Both the position numbers and the translations under genes were made by a program. Positions 48,876 to 55,701 of a stretch of DNA of 55,701 nt are shown here, one piece after another. The notes beneath the pieces are model-generated. The model was given only the letters and a program-made list of their open reading frames with translations. It did no database searches and had not been told where the DNA came from. The first letter of the stretch is position 1. Each line of letters starts with the position of its first letter. The stretch is taken from positions 372,001 through 427,701 of the forward strand of contig NW_026515694.1 of the NCBI RefSeq assembly GCF_025526975.1. Reading direction: 5' to 3'. The DNA comes from Fimicolochytrium jonesii (Eukaryota).

Positions 48876-51800
48876 CTCCTAACCTCGCAGCTCCTGCAAC
48901 GGGAGAGGCCACCCCCCTGGTTCCCGACTGTGTTATAGCCGACACAACCCTCCTGGCTGCTGCCCATGTCGAAAACTCCGAAATTAACCCCCGCGCCATG
49001 CTTACGCTGGGTCCCCTCGAACCCTTCAACTACCCTGTTACCATCATGGTATCATCCAGCCGCGCCCCGATACCTACCTCAGCCATGATCAACAATGGTG
49101 CCCTGTCCTGCTTCATCGACAGAGACTTTGCCCGCAAACACCGCATCGCCCTAGTCCCGCATCAGCGTCCACTGACGATCGAACTCGTTGACGGTCAACC
49201 CAGCTCTGCTGGGCCAATCACCCATCACACCCAACCAGTAGGCATGTGGGTCGACGACCACTTCGAAGAACTCGTCTTCCATGTCACCAAATCACCCCAT
49301 GCTCCAATCCTCCTTGGTCTCCCCTGGCTCCGCCTCCACGACATTAACCTTGACTTCAAGAACCTTTCGGTTGGTTTCCGTTGCGACTGTCAGTACCATG
49401 AATTCGCGAATTGGGACAACTCTCCAGCACCCCCAAGCCCAGCACCCGCCAGAACCCCCGAGCCCTTGATCCGCATCCCCCAGGATGAAGTCCCCGTCGA
49501 CGAAACATGGTCGATTCCAGTACCCAAGGTATCTCGCTCCAGCACCCCAGAACCGGCTCCCACGCCGCTCCGAGTCTCGTTCATCTCCGCCCCAGCCTTC
49601 CGGGTCGCAGCAAGGCATGACCAGCTCTTTGTCGCCTACGCCAACCCTGCGAAACCCGATCTCCCGGCCTCGCCTAGCCCCAGTAAACCCCCGACACCCG
49701 AGAAAGACATCAAAGACTTCCTGCCCCCCGAGTATCGAGGACTTCGTCGACGTTTTCGAAAAGAGAAATGCTGACACTCTCCCCGAGCACCGGCCTCTAC
49801 GACTGTCCAATCGATCTGGAAGAAGGCAAGCAGCCACCTTTCGGCCCAATCTACAGCCTCAGCGAACCAGAAATGAAGGCACTCTGCGAATACCTCGAAG
49901 AAAACCTCGCCAAAGGATTCATCAAACCCTCAAAGTCCCCTGCCGGTGCGCCAGTCTTATTCGTGAAGAAAAAGGACGGTTCTCTCCGCCTCTGCGTCGA
50001 TTATCGAGGCCTGAACAGCATCACGGTGAAGAATCGCTACCCCCTGCCCCTGATCAACGGTATCATGGATCGTTTGCGCGGCGCCCGCCGTCTCACCAAG
50101 ATCGACCTCCGCGGCGCTTATAACCTCTTACGCATGCGCCCGGGCGATGAATGGAAGACCGCCTTCCGCTGCCGCTACGGCCTATTCGAATACAATGTCA
50201 TGCCCTTTGGACTCAGCAATGCTCCTGGCGTCTTCCAGTACCTGATGAACGACATCTTCCGCGACATTCTCGATGTGTTTGTTGTCGTCTACCTCGACGA
50301 TATCCTGATATTCTCCAAGAACCCCGAAGATCACCCCAAACATGTCCGCGAAGTCTTGTCCCGCCTCCGACAGCATGGGTTGTACGCCAAACCAGAGAAG
50401 TGCGAATTCAACCGCGAATCCGTTGAGTTCCTAGGCTTCATCATCTCCAAGAGAGGCATCCAGATGGACCCCAAGAAGATCGCTGCCATCACGGATTGGG
50501 AACCTCCCAAGAATGTCAAAGGCGTCCAGCGCTTCCTCGGCTTTGCCAACTTCTATCGCCGATTCATCCAAGGTTATTCCAAGATCGCTACCCCGCTCAC
50601 AGCCCTGACCCGGAAAGACATCCCGTACGCCTGGACACCCGCCGCAAACACCGCCTTCGAGAACCTGAAGAAAGCATTCACCACCGCCCCCATCCTTGCT
50701 CACCCTGACCCAGAGAAGCCCTTCGTCGTCGAAACTGACGCCTCCGACTTCGCTCTTGGCGCAGTTCTCCTCCAACCTGACCAGGACAATCAGCTCCACC
50801 CCGTGGCCTTCCACTCTCGCAAATTCACGGCCGAAGAGATCAACTACGAGATCTACGACAAGGAACTTCTGGCCATCCAAGACTCCTTTGCCCAGTGGCG
50901 CCACCATCTCATTGGCGCCCGTCACAAGATCACCGTTTACTCCGACCATAAAAACCTTCAGTACTTCATGACCACCCGCACCCTGAACCGCCGCCAAGCC
51001 CGCTGGTCGATATTCTTCTCGGATTTTGACTTTGTCATTACCTATCGCCCCGGTTCCCAGCAGCACCAAGCCGATGCCCTCTCCCGACGCTCCGAACATG
51101 AGCTAAAAAGGGGGAAGAAGCGTTCCGCTCCCAGGCAACCACAATTTTGACTCCCGAACGCCTTCGACTCGCGGCTGCCTACCTCACACCCATGGATACC
51201 ACGCTGCTTGACAAGATTAAGGCCGCCCAGGCCTCTGATCCCCTCGCTAAGACCATTCGCAAAAGCTCAAGATACCCCTCGCCCAACGAACCTGAGGAAA
51301 CCCAAGATCGTATCAAGCGGTTCTCAGATGAAGATGGGATCCTGCTGCACGATAACCTGGTCTATGTCCCCACCAACGAGCTCCGAGCTGAAGTCTGCCA
51401 CGACATGCACGATACACCCCTAGCCGGCCACTTTGGGATGTCCAAGACGCTCGAACTCGCCTCCCGCAACTACTGGTGGCCCAGCCAGTGGCGCTTCGTC
51501 AAGGCCTACGTCAAGTCCTGCGATACCTGTAGCCAAGCGAAATCCAGTCGACACAAACCATATGGCCTACTCCAGCCCAACAGTATCCCTACCCGCCCTT
51601 GGGGATCTTGGTCCCTGGACTTTATCACCGGTCTGCCTCCCGTGGACGGGTACGACTCCATCCTGAACGTCAACTGTCTGCCTCACCAAGATGGCCCACT
51701 TCATCGCCTGCAGCGAGTCAGAATCCGCCGAATCCACCGCCGACCTAGTCTTCCACAACATCATCCGTCTCCACGGCCTCCCCGACGACGTCATCTCTGA

Positions 51801-52726
51801 CCGAGGACCCCAGTTTAAGTCCCGGTTCTGGCGTCGACTTCTCGAACTCCTTGGGGCAAAAGCCAACCTCTCCTCGGCCTTCCACCCCCAGAGCGATGGC
51901 CAGACGGAACGCACCAACCAGATCCTGGAGCAGTATCTCCGATGCTTTTGCAACCACCAACAGGACAACTGGAAACAGCTTCTGTCGTCCGCCGAGTTCG
52001 CCTACAACAACACCCACCAGTCCGCCTCCCAGACCACCCCCTTCTACGCCAACAAGGGTCTCCACCCCCGCTTCAGTTTCGCGGCCTCTGCTACCTCCGA
52101 ATCCGTCAACCCCGCCGCTGAAGCCCGCGCTAAACAAATCAGGGAAGTCCATGAACAGCTCGCCCTCGAGCTCAAGGAAGCCCAAGATCAAATGAAGCGC
52201 TACGCCGACGCTAAACGAATTCCTGGACCGGACTTCAAGCCTGGCGACCACGTCTGGCTCCTCCGCAAAAACCTCCAGACAACCCGGCCCTCTCAGAAAC
52301 TCGACCATCGCAAGATTGGGCCATTCCCCATCGTTGAAAAAATCAATCCCGTCGCCTACCGGCTCAAGCTCCCGCCTACGTACAAAATCCACGATGTCTT
52401 CCATGTCTCGCTCCTCGAACCCCGCTTCACCATCCCCGAACGACACGAACCTGAACCCGCGCCCCCAGAGACCGTTGAGGGTCAAGAAGAGTGGGTCGTC
52501 GAAGCCATCCTTGACTCTCGCATCCATTGTTGTTGCCTTCAGTACTTGGTCAAATGGCAGGGCTGGCCTGACTCCCGAGAACACCTGGGAGCCCGTGGAA
52601 CACCTCACCCATACCGACGCACTCCTCCAGGACTTCCACAGCGCGTACCCCAACAAGCCTTCCTCTGTCCCCGTAGCACCTCCTCTGCGGCCACACCAAA
52701 CTCGACGCCGCCGCCGCCGCCGCTAA
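48812..52726 (+). pseudogene. pol: Pol (protease, RT, RNase H, integrase, chromodomain) with several frameshifts
   Basis: LRLCVDYRGLN, YLDDILIFS, ETDASDFALGAVL, HDTPLAGHFG...CDTC, SDRGPQF, HPQSDGQTERTNQ and chromodomain WVVEAILDSR...YLVKWQG; frame breaks near 49740, 49795, 51110-51150, 51680 and 52575; protease DSG reads NNG. Confidence 0.95.
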
Positions 52727-52738
52727 AGAGAGGGGTGA
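52725..52738 (+). other. Polypurine tract
   Basis: AAAGAGAGGGGTGA immediately before the TG of the 3' LTR. Confidence 0.85.
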
Positions 52739-53277
52739 TGTTATGGACGACGCGCCCATACCATAAGCTTACCTACTGACAGCCGCCAATGGCAACCGCC
52801 AAATGTCAAACGCCAATGTCAATGTCAATGTCAGTGTCAATGTCAGTGTCAATGTCAATGTCAATGCCACTCCCCCTCTCTCCTCACATTTCGCCAATCC
52901 TCTTGCAATATCGCCACTCCTCCTCTCTCCTCTCATTTCGCCAATCCCCCCTCCGCTGCTCCACACCCCCACTGCTTCCCCATAGCCAGCTAGCTGTAGC
53001 AATGCTCTCTACGCTCGCCACGCACGCTCTAGGAGCATAGCTGGCGCCCCCCAGTCCCCTCTTGTTGTTGTTGTTCTCTGATCTGCTGGGTTGCCTATCT
53101 ATAAATAGCCGGCCTCTCTTCGTCCATTCCCTTCCTCCCCAGCAGATCAACACCAGTTCTTCTCATCTCCTGTTCTAGTCCTTGTTTCTTGTTTCGCCAA
53201 TACAATCTCTTGTCGCCTATCACACCTCGCCCTGTCTTCTCTACTTCGCTTCCGCCCCCGTCGTCGAGATCATAACA
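52739..53277 (+). repeat. 3' LTR
   Basis: TGTTATGG...GATCATAACA, direct repeat of the 5' LTR. Confidence 0.95.
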
Positions 53278-54364
53278 ATCCTGGGGAGGAAACAGAGCCC
53301 ATAACTCGTCGAGGACGGTCCGCTCAAGTCGTGTGAGGCGCGCAAACTCTTCTTCGGTTGGAAACTCTTCAAACGTCGCATACTTTTTAAACTGACGGAC
53401 ACGCTGATAATAGTGTCGCCGCTGCGCTCGGTTGACTCCAGCTCTACGGAGATGCAGTACGACTTGCTTCAAACCAAGCCTTTCATTGACGTAGCGCAGA
53501 AAAATTTGCATGAAATGCTCTTGTACGTTAACTTTGAGGTTTGTGAAGATGCTCGTAGCCGTGTACGCTGCGGTCTGATGGCAATACTGCATGCGGATGG
53601 GGGCGAATCCGTGAACATCACAGTAGTCTTGAACCCATGGATGCAACACTTGCACGATGACCGGATTGCCGTTGTAGCCTGGATTGTTTAGCAGCTCAAA
53701 TATCACACTGATGTGCTTGTCGGTGATGTCCGGGAAATCGTGTAGAGGATGATCAGCTGTGGTGGGGGGCAGACGTAGCAGTCAGGACATTGGTTTATGG
53801 GAAATATACTGTGTACCTCAAAAACTCACCAAGGTAGTACTTGAGAAAAAAGCTGGTGTGGCGCGCAAGGATGTGAACATTGCCGACGAATGTTGTCAGG
53901 CGCTCCCTTTGCTCCCTTTGAACTTGATTATGGATGATTCGGTGAAGCAAAACCTTGGTGCTGGCATGTGTTTGCGGGCGGGGTCGTTGAGCTGGTGGTG
54001 GTGGCGGGGGTTCATACACCAGGGATCCACCCGGTGTGCTGGGAAAACGGAAAGGGATGGGCGCGGGAAGGTTCAGTGGGCGCTGCAGACCCCTGTCCGC
54101 AGGTGAAAGCCCTCGCTGCGGCTGCTGCTGCTGCCTGTCTTCATCGCCGGAGCTCTCGCCAACCATGTCTGCAATTGCTTGGGGCAAGTGGCGATGGACA
54201 GAGGGCGGGAGCTCGAATCGTGGGGTTTGCAATGGTGTGGCTGGCAGACATATGGGCAATTGCTGGGTAACCAGAGCAACCTTCCTCCTCTTCTGCCGTG
54301 GTGTGGTTGCTCCAGTAAATATGCACCACCACAGGTGCCCCTGGAGCGCCTGGTGTGATGACAT
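53278..54364 (-). pseudogene. Fanzor1 (eukaryotic TnpB-family RNA-guided endonuclease), N-terminal WED/REC portion only, truncated at the LTR; intron 53757-53829
   Basis: Spliced translation HASTKVLLHRII...VHILARHTSFFLKYYL-ADHPLHDFP...IFELLN...WVQDYCDVHGF...TNLKVNVQEHFMQIFLRYVN...LERTVLDELW is colinear with the N-terminal half of Spizellomyces punctatus Fanzor1 as recalled (TNLKVNVQEHFMQ motif); NLS-like RQKRRKV; start could be 54364 or 54166. Confidence 0.88.
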
Positions 54365-54697
54365 GTTGGCTGTGCTGTGCCGAGACAGGTGTTGCAGGTG
54401 ATTGCCGTGATGGCTGTGTGTCAAAGAACTTGCGTCAGTGCTGTGGTAAAGATTGCGGAGAGCAGGAAGGATTTACAGCCTGGCGCAGTCGTGGCGCAGT
54501 TGTGGCTTGTCGCCGCATCTCCAAGACCACGCTCTCCTCCTCTCAAACGAAACGTCAAGCGCTCGCAGCTCACGCAACTCACGCAGAGCACACTCTGAGC
54601 ATGGAAACGTCTCGACGACAGCCCCCTCACCCCTGGCCAGCGCCCACCTCCTTCCAGCTCAAGCCCGGCAACTCACGCAGAGCAAGCGCATTTGAGC

Positions 54698-55452
54698 ATG
54701 GAAACGTCAAGCAAGGTGAGTGGCCGCTGGCTGTTGACCGCCTGGGCTGGCGGTCCATATGGAGCACGACCGCCGCTTGCGGGAGGTCGACCTGCATGGG
54801 CCGTGCTGTCTGGGCGTCTCCGCTGGGTGTTGGCCGCCTGGGCTCGCGGTCCATGTTGAGCACGACCGCCGCTTGCGGGAGGTCGACCTGCATGGGCCGT
54901 GCTGCCTGAGCGTGTTTGCTATACGCTGATCTCACGGGCTGAGATGCTAACACCTTCCCTTCCCCCCTTCCCCTCTACCGCGCCGCAGGCCACGCCCCCG
55001 GTCGCACCCACCGCGGTCGAGGCTCTTCTGATGGGCATGGGCGAGACCTGCGCCACAGCTATCTTCGGCGACACGGTGGCCTTTTTGTATCCGCTGCTGG
55101 TAGACGCCGGCCTTGCCGCCCGGGACGCCAGCCTAGAAGACAAGGCCAAGGCGATTGGCCTTTTTTCACAGAAGATCAAGCAAGACAACCCCACCCTTGC
55201 TTTTTATATGGCCTTGATCCGTGGAACATGAGCATGGTGGAGGCCGCTGAACAGGTGCGCGCACCAAGTGGCACGGTCCTGGTGATTGCTGGCACATCGT
55301 TGGCGGAAGGGCCCACACAGACACTAGTCAAGAAACTCGCGAACAAGGTCCGGGAGGTAATCAACATCAACAGGCGACGGTTGACTGTCGACCTCGAACG
55401 TGCCTTATATATGCTGGGGGACATCGAAGACTTCTTCGGCAACCCCGAGTGA
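54698..55452 (+). pseudogene. Sirtuin (SIR2)-like gene, apparently internally deleted and frameshifted near 55225; intron 54716-54988
   Basis: C-terminal TVLVIAGTSLAEGPTQTLVKKLANKVREVININ...YMLGDIEDFF fits the sirtuin GTSL...IN...GD NAD-binding motifs; GTGAGT donor, GCTAAC branch point and CAG acceptor join METSSK to ATPPVAP in frame; central QNID/HG/Zn region absent. Confidence 0.55.
54724..54913. repeat. Two-copy tandem repeat with a 96-bp period, inside the predicted intron
   Basis: ccgctgg...gagcacgaccgccgcttgcgggaggtcgacctgcatgggccgtgctg begins at 54724 and again at 54820. Confidence 0.9.
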
Positions 55453-55485
55453 CCCCGAGTGACCCGGGGTCATCTGAAGAAATGG

Positions 55486-55685
55486 CTAGTGTAGCGTGGG
55501 TAGCGTGTAGCAGTAGGTAGCGTGGCGAACGTCGTGGCAGTAGCGATGAAGCCCCTTTTGTATTACCGTGGCCTGTGGCGTGGCAGTAGCGATGAAGTCC
55601 TTCTGTTGATAAAAGTTAAGCATGGATAGCGTAGCGGGCTAGCGTGGCATAGCAGTAGCAAGGAAAGAAAAGCTCTGTTGATAAA
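55486..55685. repeat. Cluster of short imperfect direct repeats (TAGCGTGG, CGTGGCAGTAGCGATGAAG x2, CTGTTGATAAA x2)
   Basis: Seen directly at the window end. Confidence 0.7.
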
Positions 55686-55701
55686 TATGGTACAATCGCG
55701 C

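Larger units (their letters stand above)
47213..53277 (+). mobile_element. Ty3/Gypsy chromovirus LTR retrotransposon (Tf1/sushi-like), near full length but decayed
   Basis: Two LTRs of about 540 bp; gag with CCHC; PR-RT-RH-IN-chromodomain order; PPT; no matching TSD. Confidence 0.95.

Noticed and set aside
49735..52580. Pol frameshifts as programmed recoding
   Set aside because: There are several, they lack slippery or structural signals, and the protease site is also mutated; decay or consensus errors in a repeat explain them better.
49292..52656. Long antisense ORFs opposite pol
   Set aside because: Expected shadows of the C-rich codon bias of the sense strand.
54724..54913. Repeats near the Fanzor as a CRISPR-like guide array
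   Set aside because: Only two contiguous copies with no unique spacers; an ordinary tandem duplication.
55221..55254. 34-nt GT-AG intron repairing the sirtuin-like frameshift
   Set aside because: Splicing it leads into a different frame from the GTSL motif; an internal deletion fits better.

Overview
Eukaryotic, intron-rich fungal DNA, most consistent with a zoosporic (chytrid, Spizellomycetales-like) genome given Integrator INTS11, a CCDC78-like centriole protein and a close SpuFz1-type Fanzor. Bases 1 to about 42.6 kb are a compact block of about 16 host genes: DUF726, SMG6/EST1-PIN, TFIIIC Tfc3 with an inserted PHD finger, PEX11, Cbf1-like bHLH, a PP1-regulator-like ORF, ERF4, UPF0658, INTS11, C1D/Rrp47, a degenerate kinesin/CCDC78-like gene, RasGEF, NHX1 and three hypotheticals. 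From about 43.5 kb to the end is a nested transposon island. It holds a TIR-bounded, transposase-less PIF/Harbinger-like element whose Myb/SANT gene is split by a solo LTR, a 126-bp Tc1/mariner MITE, and a decayed, probably self-priming Ty3/Gypsy chromovirus. The chromovirus truncates an intron-containing Fanzor1 (RNA-guided nuclease) gene, whose RuvC half and omegaRNA are not in the window. Head-to-head with the Fanzor is an internally deleted sirtuin (SIR2)-like gene; this pairing is the best candidate for an undescribed system. All protein assignments come from motif recognition by eye; no database searches were run and exon boundaries are manual.
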